IMG/VR virus record: IMGVR_UViG_3300027612_000001
Location: 1-57,327 of that record
Source: a virus
Lineage: Duplodnaviria; Caudoviricetes
Length of the DNA: 57,327 nt
Reading direction: 5' to 3' (one strand)
The notes under the pieces are model-generated. The model searched no databases, was not told the origin of the DNA, and saw nothing but the letters and a program-made list of their open reading frames with translations. Each line of letters opens with the position of its first letter. Within the stretch, counting starts at the first letter, position 1. This document shows positions 46,244 to 54,797 of the stretch, one piece after another. Position numbers and translations under genes: made by a program.

Positions 46244-48232
46244 ATGTCAAATTACACACAACTCTTGCACGACGCGAGCGTATTGCTCGATGCGTCGCAA
46301 GACACAGGGGACTCCGGTCGTAACCAGATCAAGGCGGTACTGCGCCGGATCATCGCTACGTCGCCGGATCCATGGGTACAGGAATACATTGCAGACAGCG
46401 ACAAGTTCGAGTCAATGACTGGGCGGTCGCTTGGCAAGGCGATCGACTACACCAATCGCAATCAGTTGCACCACGTCGCTAACTGCGTTCTCGATCTTGG
46501 GTTAGACGATGAGCACAACTTTGACTACGGCATCGAGCAGTTGCAGTTGTGGATGAAGTCCTACCAAGACCCATCGATCTGCAACGACAAGGTGCGTGGC
46601 AAGGGCAAGTCGCTCGGTTGGCACGAGGACTGCCCCCACCGTGACCAACTACACAATGCAACATCACTAATCATCGGAGTAATCCAACAGCAAATCTCAA
46701 ATGAAGAAACAGGAGCATCACCTATGACCACTAAGACATACACATCCAAGGATATCTCGAACGTCGTCTACGCACTGGCTGACAAAGAGGGTGTCGCATT
46801 CGACTCATCAGAGATCCTACCCATTGCAACGACAGTCATCGCAACATTGGGCAACAGCGTTGACCCTGCTGTGTCCGCATCGCAGGTGACGTCGATGGCA
46901 ATCATCCGACACCAAGCGGGCAACGAGCTGACCCCAAGCGAGCGAGCTGACGCGCTGAGCATGGCGACTGGGGTCGTGATCGACTCTGTGTCTGAGCCAG
47001 AGCGGACAGCCAACGAGTCGGCCGAGTACGGTATCGTCGACCCGTCCATGCTCCCTGCCGTGAACGCATTACTGAAGCAGGCGATTGGCGACGTGACTTT
47101 GGAGCAGATCACCAAGTCGGTTGAGCAATCCAACGAGACGATCCGTAGCCTGCGTGAGCAACTCAACCTTGCCGAGAACCAACTGCAAGATGTCACGGTG
47201 CAGTCAGCGATCGCTACGTCTGGCGAGACCGAAGTCGATGGTGACACGCTCAAGTATGAGGTCGTGTATCGCAATGCGTCTGAGCTATTCCTTGACCCCA
47301 ACGGGAACGAGGTCGAGGTGCTCAAGTTCAAAGTGCCAACACTTGTGTGGTTCGACAGCGACGGCAAGGCAGTGTCACACCCCGACTGCCCCTACATCGA
47401 CACCAAGTATCAGTTCCGTCTCAAGCACCTGATCAAGGCGCTGACTGCGTTCGTGCATAGCAAGAACATGTGGGCGCATGGTCACACATCATCAGGCAAG
47501 ACGACGCTGTTCGAGCAGATCGCCGCACGTCTTGGCTTCCCGATCGAGGTGCTTAACCTTGACGGTCAGTTGGAACGTGCCGACATGGTAGGTCATACCG
47601 AGATCGAGGTTGAGAACGGTTCGCCTGTCACACGATTCCGTGAGGGTATCCTGCCACGAGCCATGCAGAAGCCTTGCATGTTCATCCTTGACGAGATCGA
47701 CGCCGGTCGCCCAGACGTACTGTTCGTCGTGCAACGTGCTCTCGAGGGCAAGGGTCTGGCAGTGACCGAGGATGCCGGTCGACACATCAAGCCACATGAG
47801 CTGTTCCGCTTCTGTGCAACGGCCAACAGTCGAGGCCAAGGTGACGAGCATGGTTGGTATCAAGGTGTGCGTCCCATGAACCTGTCACTACTCAATCGCT
47901 TCGGTGCGTTCATCGAGGTTCCCTACCTCGACTTCGACGACGAGCTACGTCTACTCAAGAACAAGTTCCCCAAGCTCAAGGCGAAGATCGCAAGTCAGCT
48001 AGCGCAGTTCTGTAAGGACATACAGAAAGCGTTCACCAGTGGCGAGCTATCGACAACGCTCGCGCCTCGTAACTTACATGCGATGGCTGAGTACTACATG
48101 TTCTTCACACAGCATGGCATGAGCGACGAGCAAGCACTGACCGAGTCACTCGAGATGTGCGTCATCGACGGCTGTCCTGCCGACAACCAACAGCGTATCC
48201 GTGAGATCGCTAACCGTATCCTGAAGGTGTAA
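46244..48232 (+). CDS. CobS/MoxR-like AAA+ ATPase with N-terminal extension
   Basis: Walker A GHTSSGKT, REGILPRAM, Walker B ILDEID, ATANSRG.GD, LLNRF. Confidence 0.88.
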   Translation: MSNYTQLLHDASVLLDASQDTGDSGRNQIKAVLRRIIATSPDPWVQEYIADSDKFESMTGRSLGKAIDYTNRNQLHHVANCVLDLGLDDEHNFDYGIEQLQLWMKSYQDPSICNDKVRGKGKSLGWHEDCPHRDQLHNATSLIIGVIQQQISNEETGASPMTTKTYTSKDISNVVYALADKEGVAFDSSEILPIATTVIATLGNSVDPAVSASQVTSMAIIRHQAGNELTPSERADALSMATGVVIDSVSEPERTANESAEYGIVDPSMLPAVNALLKQAIGDVTLEQITKSVEQSNETIRSLREQLNLAENQLQDVTVQSAIATSGETEVDGDTLKYEVVYRNASELFLDPNGNEVEVLKFKVPTLVWFDSDGKAVSHPDCPYIDTKYQFRLKHLIKALTAFVHSKNMWAHGHTSSGKTTLFEQIAARLGFPIEVLNLDGQLERADMVGHTEIEVENGSPVTRFREGILPRAMQKPCMFILDEIDAGRPDVLFVVQRALEGKGLAVTEDAGRHIKPHELFRFCATANSRGQGDEHGWYQGVRPMNLSLLNRFGAFIEVPYLDFDDELRLLKNKFPKLKAKIASQLAQFCKDIQKAFTSGELSTTLAPRNLHAMAEYYMFFTQHGMSDEQALTESLEMCVIDGCPADNQQRIREIANRILKV

Positions 48233-48234
48233 CC

Positions 48235-48420
48235 ATGCAGATATATCAATGCTTAGTCGTAGACGACGAAGGTAAAGCAGTGCGCACAGTTGGCTACTGC
48301 ACAGACATTTGCGCGGCTGAGGACATAGCGTCCAAGCACGCAGGTGACTCTGAGTACTGGCAAGTGCGCATGGTTGACTTCGGTGTACTCGAACGTGAAT
48401 TGGAGAAAGACAATGACTGA
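48235..48420 (+). CDS. Small hypothetical protein between the AAA+ and vWA genes
   Basis: 61-aa ORF coupled to both neighbours. Confidence 0.5.
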   Translation: MQIYQCLVVDDEGKAVRTVGYCTDICAAEDIASKHAGDSEYWQVRMVDFGVLERELEKDND

Positions 48421-50368
48421 TATGTTAGATCATGAAGTGATGACCGGCCTCGAGCTGATGGATGCGACTCGCACAGTGGTTCGCACACTGGGTCGTGACA
48501 AGGAGCTTGATGTCGAGTTCGCAGGCGATGAAGCCTGCACCAACGGCAAGCGTGTACAGCTCCCGTCTGTACCTAACGAGACTCCAGTGACCAAGCGACA
48601 AGCAATGGTTGTGGGTGGCTTTGCCAACCACGAGACACTGCACAAGCTACTCACTGACTTCAAGGGTGCGGGTGAGCGGATGCAACAGCTTGTCAATGAG
48701 GGTCGCCGCTCAACGGCGGCGCTTGCCAATGCAATCGAAGACGTGCGCATCGAGAACGGTGGCAAGGTGATGTACCCCGGCATGCCGGATGCGATCAACC
48801 AGACAGCACGTCACGTCACTCGCAAGTTCATCGATGAGATCTACCCGCAAGATCCGACAGTGGTCGAAGACTTCCAGAAGATCGGGCCAGTGGCAGTGAC
48901 ATGGGCTGGGCGCAAGATGCTTGGGTATGACGACGAGTCATACGACGAAGCATTGCAGTTGCTACCCGACGACGTGCGTGAGCGTGTCGAGCACATTGCC
49001 AGTGCCGCAGTGGGGTTGGAGCATGGCGTTCGTCGAATGGGTGCTGACTCAATCAATCGCACCAAAGCACTGGCTGGATCACGCGAATCGGTTGAGCTCG
49101 CTGAGATGGCTATGAAGGAGTACCTCGAGGAGCAAGAAGAGGAGGAAGAGCAGGGCAAGGGTAAGTCAAACGAGGATGGCGAAGATGGTGATCAAGGTGA
49201 AGATGAAGGTACGTCGCAAGACCAAGGGGATGACGAGCAAGCGACAGGCGAGCAAGCCAGCAGTGATGCTGGAGACGAAGGGGATGCTCAAGACGGCGAG
49301 GAGGAGCAAGATGCGACTCGTGCCGGTCACGGAGCTGTCGAGGTAGCGCCTGAGCGAGAGCCAATCGGAGCGGAGCTAGACAGTGCGTTGGCTGAGATGA
49401 TCGGTGAGATCAACGGCAAGCGTGGCAACGATGACTTCCGCATGTTTGCTCCCGGCCTTGACCGGATTGCTTACGACGACTTCATTGACCCGATGCACAA
49501 CGATCACTTCAGACGACATTACACAGAGAAGCTAGCCAAGCTCGGTGCAGTGGTCGGCACTGTCAGGCGTAAGCTCGAGCGTGCGTTGATCGCCGAGGAC
49601 TACGTCGGGTGGCAAAGCAATGTACGTCGTGGTCGTCTTGATGTCGGCCGCAATGCTTCTAAGATCGTGCAGTTCAAGCCCAATGTGTATCGCCAACGTG
49701 AGGCCGATGAGTCAATCAACACTGCGGTGATGATACTTGTGGATCTGTCGTACTCGATGTCGGGAAGCAAGGCACGCCATGCATGCAACTCAGTCATCGC
49801 ACTCGCCGAGGCGCTTGAGCCAACCAAGGTGAGCTACGAGATCATGGGTCACAAGACTGAGATGTCCAAGCGTGGCTACGAGCTAGTCGAGGAGTACACA
49901 CAGAATTCTAATGTGTCATGGCACAACTCGCCATTCGATCGGATCGAGCAAGTCGACATGCCTGTGTTCAAGAAGTTCGACGAGACGTTGCGGAACGCTA
50001 GGCACAAGATTGGAGCGCTCGAGAACCAAGTGGACAACGCCAATGCGGATGCGTGCGCTATCCGGTACGCAACCCAACGCCTCAGCGCACGACGTGAGGA
50101 ACGCAAGGTGCTCATGGTGTTGAGTGACGGCGCTCCGGCTTGGAACTTGGGCAACAGCAATCGCACCATGGAGGAGTGGACGATCGAACAGATACGCCGC
50201 ACTGAGCGGTTGGGTATCGAGGTAATCGGTATCGGCATCATCGACAAGACGGTTAAGGATCTGTACTCCAAGCACGTCGTGATCAAGAGTGTTGACGACC
50301 TCGCAACTGGGGTGATGGATCAGCTCTCAAGCATCCTAACCGGACGCTCGCTTCGTGTATCAGCGTAG
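48413..50368 (+). CDS. CobT-like vWA protein with N-terminal HExxH motif and acidic linker
   Basis: NHETLH, NAIEDVRIE, E/D-rich linker, MIDAS DLSYSMSG, KVLMVLSDGAP, IGIGI. Confidence 0.88.
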   Translation: MTDMLDHEVMTGLELMDATRTVVRTLGRDKELDVEFAGDEACTNGKRVQLPSVPNETPVTKRQAMVVGGFANHETLHKLLTDFKGAGERMQQLVNEGRRSTAALANAIEDVRIENGGKVMYPGMPDAINQTARHVTRKFIDEIYPQDPTVVEDFQKIGPVAVTWAGRKMLGYDDESYDEALQLLPDDVRERVEHIASAAVGLEHGVRRMGADSINRTKALAGSRESVELAEMAMKEYLEEQEEEEEQGKGKSNEDGEDGDQGEDEGTSQDQGDDEQATGEQASSDAGDEGDAQDGEEEQDATRAGHGAVEVAPEREPIGAELDSALAEMIGEINGKRGNDDFRMFAPGLDRIAYDDFIDPMHNDHFRRHYTEKLAKLGAVVGTVRRKLERALIAEDYVGWQSNVRRGRLDVGRNASKIVQFKPNVYRQREADESINTAVMILVDLSYSMSGSKARHACNSVIALAEALEPTKVSYEIMGHKTEMSKRGYELVEEYTQNSNVSWHNSPFDRIEQVDMPVFKKFDETLRNARHKIGALENQVDNANADACAIRYATQRLSARREERKVLMVLSDGAPAWNLGNSNRTMEEWTIEQIRRTERLGIEVIGIGIIDKTVKDLYSKHVVIKSVDDLATGVMDQLSSILTGRSLRVSA

Positions 50369-50572
50369 ACGTAGACGCCTGATCATCCCGTCTTACTGGT
50401 TTCCACTGTGTCCCGGCAGATCCATTCTGTTCTGGCGCAGGGTTGCCAAGGAAGTCAGGCATCGAAAGGTACGAAAGACGGATATGAAACGTGTCACAGA
50501 TATTGTACATGAGCTGAAGCCATGACAAGATGTGTCACAGATGTTAAACAAAGATAAACATAGGAGGGAGTA

Positions 50573-50782
50573 ATGGGCCAAGCTTTAGTAATGAAGTTGA
50601 GGGAACTGAATGAGCTTCATGCGGATGTAAGTAGCATCGATCTAAAGATAAACCTAACTACAGGACAGACGATCGACGGCGTCGAGCAAATCTGGACTGA
50701 GGATGGAGTACTCGTTGTCGTGAGTGAGTACGGCAAACACTATGTAAATCCAGCTCACATTGTTGAGTTCAACTATCTATAA
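50573..50782 (+). CDS. Small beta protein, possible Sm/Hfq-like fold
   Basis: LKINLTTGQTIDG...VLVV...HYVNPAHIVEF; AGGAGGGAG RBS. Confidence 0.5.
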   Translation: MGQALVMKLRELNELHADVSSIDLKINLTTGQTIDGVEQIWTEDGVLVVVSEYGKHYVNPAHIVEFNYL

Positions 50783-50792
50783 GGAATACGTT

Positions 50793-51335
50793 ATGAGCAT
50801 CACCGATAACATCGTAAGTAAAGAACTTGAATCATTGGGTGTCGTTGCACCCGCCAAGACCATACCTCAAACACAAGAGCTACCGCCGTTCGAGCATTCG
50901 CCACGGCAGACCAAGCTCAAAGTGCGTAAGGCCAAGGTCATGGAGTATGGCGACAATTTCGACACAAAGTTTAGACGTGACGATAAATCTATCGACGATC
51001 GACACGTTGATCACCTATCCTTGCGCACCACCGAGATTGTCAGCCCACGTCTGACTAAGTGGACCAAGGATGGTGTGACTGACCAACTGTCAAAGATTGC
51101 CATGGAAGCATGGGAGTGTTCGGGTCCAGACGCAGTGATCGCAAGATCAGATGTGCGTCGCATGGTTGCAGTACTGAAATCAGACTTCGAGTCTGCAATG
51201 TTGACTGCGGGGTTCATGTGTACTGACCTGAAAGCAAAAGACGAATTGGGCAATCTGCTCACAGAGTTCTTGCTAACCAAGTGTCGCATGCACAACGGTA
51301 AAATGTTCCGCTACGTTTGCGTGGAAGAAGATTAA
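50793..51335 (+). CDS. Hypothetical protein
   Basis: Start at MSITDN after AAGGA. Confidence 0.6.
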   Translation: MSITDNIVSKELESLGVVAPAKTIPQTQELPPFEHSPRQTKLKVRKAKVMEYGDNFDTKFRRDDKSIDDRHVDHLSLRTTEIVSPRLTKWTKDGVTDQLSKIAMEAWECSGPDAVIARSDVRRMVAVLKSDFESAMLTAGFMCTDLKAKDELGNLLTEFLLTKCRMHNGKMFRYVCVEED

Positions 51336-51340
51336 AGCTG

Positions 51341-51360
51341 AGGGGGCTTTCGCCCCCCCT
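51341..51360 (+). terminator. GC-rich hairpin (weak terminator or processing site)
   Basis: AGGGGGC-TTTC-GCCCCCCC; poor U-tract. Confidence 0.45.
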
Positions 51361-51414
51361 CTTGCAAGAGCATCACCAAAAGCAAGGGAGTTCATATTAC
51401 TGGAGAGTTATGTA

Positions 51415-51867
51415 ATGGACAATGATAAAGATCGGATATCAGCGCTCGAGAGAGAGCTATCTGAGCTACGAGGCATGGTTAAAGCACTGATGGAGTTGTA
51501 CAGAGAGTCGTACAAGCCAACCACGGTGCAGACACCAACCCCCACCGAAACGAGGTCTCATGTAGACCTCACCCCATTCACGCCTAAGCAACATGCAGTA
51601 CTTCAATTGCTGTGCGATGGCAAATCAACAGCAGAGATGTCAGGGATTCTTTGCGTCACAGAGAGCACCATCAAGGTTCACTTGCGGTCCATCATGGACA
51701 AGCGAGAGGTCCGAACCAGAGCCCTGCTTGCGATCTGGTACTCGGAGGTCATGGCTAACGTCGACCCCGTTGAGTACGAGAAGCGAGCAGGCATTCCATT
51801 GGACTGGCATATACATCACGAAGAGTACCGTGAGATTACTGCAATGCTACAAGCGAAGGTAAGATGA
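51415..51867 (+). CDS. LuxR-family HTH transcriptional regulator
   Basis: FTPKQHAVLQLLCDGKSTAEMSGILCVTESTIKVHLRSIMDK. Confidence 0.88.
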   Translation: MDNDKDRISALERELSELRGMVKALMELYRESYKPTTVQTPTPTETRSHVDLTPFTPKQHAVLQLLCDGKSTAEMSGILCVTESTIKVHLRSIMDKREVRTRALLAIWYSEVMANVDPVEYEKRAGIPLDWHIHHEEYREITAMLQAKVR

Positions 51868-51868
51868 G

Positions 51869-52951
51869 ATGGCTTTGAAGATCACCAACAAACAGGGAAC
51901 TTGGCATGTCGAGGGCCAAGTGCTTGGGGTTCGGGTGCGGCGTAGTACTCGCTACCCCGCTACGTCTGAGTACAAAGCGCATGCGGATCGCATGCGGATC
52001 GATATCGAGAACGAGATCATCACGGGCAACTACCAGAAGACGACGGTGAAGGTGCGCTTTCACCAAGTCTGTGACGCCTACCTTGATTTTCGTGAGCAAG
52101 AGAACAGATCAAGTCGTGACCTCATACGGGTCGCCCTGATGTGGAACGACGTGTTCGGTTCTCAGGTACTTACCGATATCACCACGGCCAGTGTGCAAGA
52201 CTACGTCACCAAGGAGATGCGGCACTTGAGTGCGGGCTCGATCAAGCGTTACCTCAACGTCTTGATTGCGATCTTGAACTACGGCAAGGAAACAGTCGAG
52301 AACTACAATGGCATCAAGGTCATCAAGCCACGAGTCGAGGACGCACGAGACGTTCACTTCTCTGAGCGTGAGGCCAACATGTTCCTTCGATGGGTACGCG
52401 AATCGCGTACAGAATACTATCCGCATTTCCTCACACTGATCGACACCGGGGCCAGACTCAATGAGATGCTTTCTCTGCGCCTCATGCACTTCGATGATGG
52501 GGCAGTACAGATACGTCGTCGATTGGAGCGCTCAGGCAAATCTGATCGGCGAGACATCCCATTGACCAAGGACATGGCTGAGATGGTCAACGAGTTCTTT
52601 GGCAGTAAGCGCTACGATGAAGTGCTGTATACCTCGGCCACGGGTCACCCGTTCGCCAGTGCGGATTCGGCCAGTGCGCTACTGAATCGAGTATTGAAAG
52701 CCGCGAACACTGAGTTGGGTTTGCCAGAGGTCAGGGTGCATGACCTGCGTCATACGTTTGCCTACCTAACGGCCAAGGCAGGTGCGGATCTTGGGGACTT
52801 GCAGTACTTGATGGGGCATCGTGACATAAAAATGACAATGCGCTATCGAGGATTTATTCCAAGCAGGGCAAGCACTTACGTCGCTAATGCGCGGACACAA
52901 CTGGAAGACAACGGGCAGGTTATTGCCATAGGGTCGGTGAAACGCGCATGA
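51869..52951 (+). CDS. int: Tyrosine recombinase / integrase
   Basis: TGARLNE (R), HDLRHTFA (HxxR), MGH...MRY (catalytic Y); N-terminal arm-binding-like domain. Confidence 0.93.
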   Translation: MALKITNKQGTWHVEGQVLGVRVRRSTRYPATSEYKAHADRMRIDIENEIITGNYQKTTVKVRFHQVCDAYLDFREQENRSSRDLIRVALMWNDVFGSQVLTDITTASVQDYVTKEMRHLSAGSIKRYLNVLIAILNYGKETVENYNGIKVIKPRVEDARDVHFSEREANMFLRWVRESRTEYYPHFLTLIDTGARLNEMLSLRLMHFDDGAVQIRRRLERSGKSDRRDIPLTKDMAEMVNEFFGSKRYDEVLYTSATGHPFASADSASALLNRVLKAANTELGLPEVRVHDLRHTFAYLTAKAGADLGDLQYLMGHRDIKMTMRYRGFIPSRASTYVANARTQLEDNGQVIAIGSVKRA

Positions 52952-52962
52952 ATAAAGGGAAA

Positions 52963-52983
52963 TGGCTCCGCGAGCAGGAGCCA
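52963..52983. mobile_element. Candidate attP core (3' end of a tRNA-Asn-like gene on the minus strand)
   Basis: Minus strand TCCTGCTCGCGGAGCCA = T-stem 3' half + acceptor strand + G + CCA; 7-bp inverted arms around a 7-bp spacer; 11 bp after the int stop. Confidence 0.6.
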
Positions 52984-53177
52984 ACTTACACGTCTCGACA
53001 TAACTTTGCACGTCTGACGTGCATCTCAGAGGGGTCTGTTCGACATCCTCCTCAAAACCCAACACACGTCTGTCTCTACAAAAGTGGCAAGAAAATGCCA
53101 TGTTTTTGTAGACACGGTGTGTCACAGATATGTTACAGTTATCTCTCTTTAATTAACCAAATGATTAGGAGCATCAC

Positions 53178-53414
53178 ATGAAGCAACTTCCGATGGTCAT
53201 TTCGGACCATGAAAACAAAGAGCCTAAAGGAAAGAAGAAACCAGTTAGAACGATCACACTGGTGAATCACAGGAAGGCAACCCACGACTACATCCTTGGA
53301 GTCGCGTCCATTTACGGGAAACGAACTGCTGAAGTTCTGGACGATCTTGTAGACAACGCAATGAAGAATGGATTGGAGAGTGTTCATGGGTGCACCGAAG
53401 CTAAAGCGGGTTAG
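53178..53414 (+). CDS. Small putative DNA-binding protein (RHH-like)
   Basis: AGGAGCATCAC RBS; beta-helix-helix pattern. Confidence 0.5.
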   Translation: MKQLPMVISDHENKEPKGKKKPVRTITLVNHRKATHDYILGVASIYGKRTAEVLDDLVDNAMKNGLESVHGCTEAKAG

Positions 53415-53628
53415 TAGTGAGTCGAGGCTCGATCCGTTCATCATTGAGGTGTTGGAGAAGATCAAAGAGTCAGACCTAAGCATGGCTCAGATTGAAGAGA
53501 AGAGCGGTGTGTCCTCGCAAACAATCCATGGATGGGCGAATGGGCAGGACGGGAGGCTCAGTTACTTGAAGGCTGTAGTGGAGGCGCTAGGCCACGAGAT
53601 ACGAGTTGAGGTAAGGGATCAATTATGA
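53386..53628 (+). CDS. XRE/Cro-C1 HTH regulator
   Basis: LSMAQIEEKSGVSSQTIHGWANG...LKAVVEALG. Confidence 0.8.
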   Translation: MGAPKLKRVSSESRLDPFIIEVLEKIKESDLSMAQIEEKSGVSSQTIHGWANGQDGRLSYLKAVVEALGHEIRVEVRDQL

Positions 53629-53768
53629 GCGAGAATGAACTGCGTAGCAGAGTTGAAGAGCTAGAGAAGAAAGTCGACGACCTTGACAAGTACATCGACG
53701 AGATAGAAGAAGCACTGCTCGCTGTGGTGACTAAACTAACGAAAGAGATTCTGGCGAACAGCCGGTAA
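53625..53768 (+). CDS. Small coiled-coil protein (MSENELRSRVEELEKK...)
   Basis: Manual translation; ATGA overlap. Confidence 0.5.
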   Translation: MSENELRSRVEELEKKVDDLDKYIDEIEEALLAVVTKLTKEILANSR

Positions 53769-53795
53769 CGATCGACTCATTAGTCGACTCCTGTT

Positions 53796-53820
53796 AGGGC
53801 GCTTTATGCGCCCTCTTTTT
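53796..53820 (+). terminator. Terminator at the convergence of the early and replication blocks
   Basis: AGGGCGC-TTTAT-GCGCCCT followed by CTTTTT. Confidence 0.75.
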
Positions 53821-54079
53821 CGCCCTCAATAATGTCAGCCAACTGATCGAAGGCAACTGACTGCAAGTCTTCTGCGAGCATGATTGCGCTTGAGCGTGAC
53901 AAGAAGATGTTGATGTCATTGCTGAATGAGATAACCATCCCATCCTCGAAAGCAGGTGTGATTACTGGAGCAGAAGCAACTGGCTCGTCTTCAGTTAGGA
54001 TCGCGCACAACGCTTCCCCCATCTCCACTTCCTTGATAACGACCTCGCCGTTCTCCATGTACTCGACTGCACCAATCAA
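53804..54079 (-). CDS. Acidic hypothetical protein
   Basis: TTG start after GAGGAGGAG. Confidence 0.55.
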   Translation of the reverse strand: MIGAVEYMENGEVVIKEVEMGEALCAILTEDEPVASAPVITPAFEDGMVISFSNDINIFLSRSSAIMLAEDLQSVAFDQLADIIEGEKEGA

Positions 54080-54539
54080 TGAACTCCTCCTCGGGCCAAC
54101 ACCACTTCATAAAGTTGATGGCGTTACAAACCAATTGTATGTTTTCTATTTCGTATGGACCGTCTGGGACTATCCTATCAACCGAGATGTTAGTCGGCTC
54201 CGATATGTGGCCCCACTTGCGTTCCTTACCTGTTCGCAGATGCGTCATCTTTACACCGCTTAGTGCGCAGACTCCGTCTTGCTTGTGGTAAAGCGCGATC
54301 ACTTCGTCTGTGTCAAGTTCACAAACTTCGCCGCGCTTACGTCTTGCTGATCTGAGTTGCGAAACGACCGTCCTAATGAACGCCTCTGGCGATGCGGATC
54401 GTTGTCTTAGTCTCCTTGCATTCTCACATTTCTTACAATCTAAACGCGGAGAATCACTCTTCCGTTTGTTGTAATGTAAATTAAATTGATTAAGTGGCTT
54501 AGTTTCCCCGCACGTCCGACAACGACGTGCTTCTTCCAT
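53991..54539 (-). CDS. Zn-finger HNH-type endonuclease
   Basis: CRTC...CKKC; CALSG...SVDRI.P.GPY...NIQLVC..IN.MK. Confidence 0.8.
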   Translation of the reverse strand: MEEARRCRTCGETKPLNQFNLHYNKRKSDSPRLDCKKCENARRLRQRSASPEAFIRTVVSQLRSARRKRGEVCELDTDEVIALYHKQDGVCALSGVKMTHLRTGKERKWGHISEPTNISVDRIVPDGPYEIENIQLVCNAINFMKWCWPEEEFIDWCSRVHGERRGRYQGSGDGGSVVRDPN

Positions 54540-54542
54540 GGA

Positions 54543-54797
54543 TCACCATTTTTTGCAGGACCAATACTTTGCGGTCAGCTTGTTTTTTGCGCCCGCCTTA
54601 TCGCACCCGTGGCGAGCACGGAATGATTTACGTCTTGCGGGATCTGACTTCTTGATAGTCATGTTTGCGTCGCCGAATCGGATCACCTTTTCCTTTCCGT
54701 TGGCGCATGCTTTGACGACGAACTTCTTGCCACCCTGCACTTGTCGCTTAGGGCTGTTGCATTTCATCTTTGATTTGTCGATCTGCTTCTTAGCCAT
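54543..54797 (-). CDS. Small basic protein (RFGD...RRKSFRARH.C...YWSC..W family)
   Basis: Motif recalled from marine phage and giant-virus hypotheticals; GGAGG RBS. Confidence 0.7.
   Translation of the reverse strand: MAKKQIDKSKMKCNSPKRQVQGGKKFVVKACANGKEKVIRFGDANMTIKKSDPARRKSFRARHGCDKAGAKNKLTAKYWSCKKW

Noticed and set aside
46244-50368. Cobalamin biosynthesis auxiliary metabolic genes (cobS/cobT)
   Set aside because: No cobN or pathway genes; phage MoxR/vWA pairs are often mislabelled this way
52948-53181. 77-aa ORF after the integrase
   Set aside because: It overlaps the attP candidate and an operator site and has no recognisable features; probably non-coding
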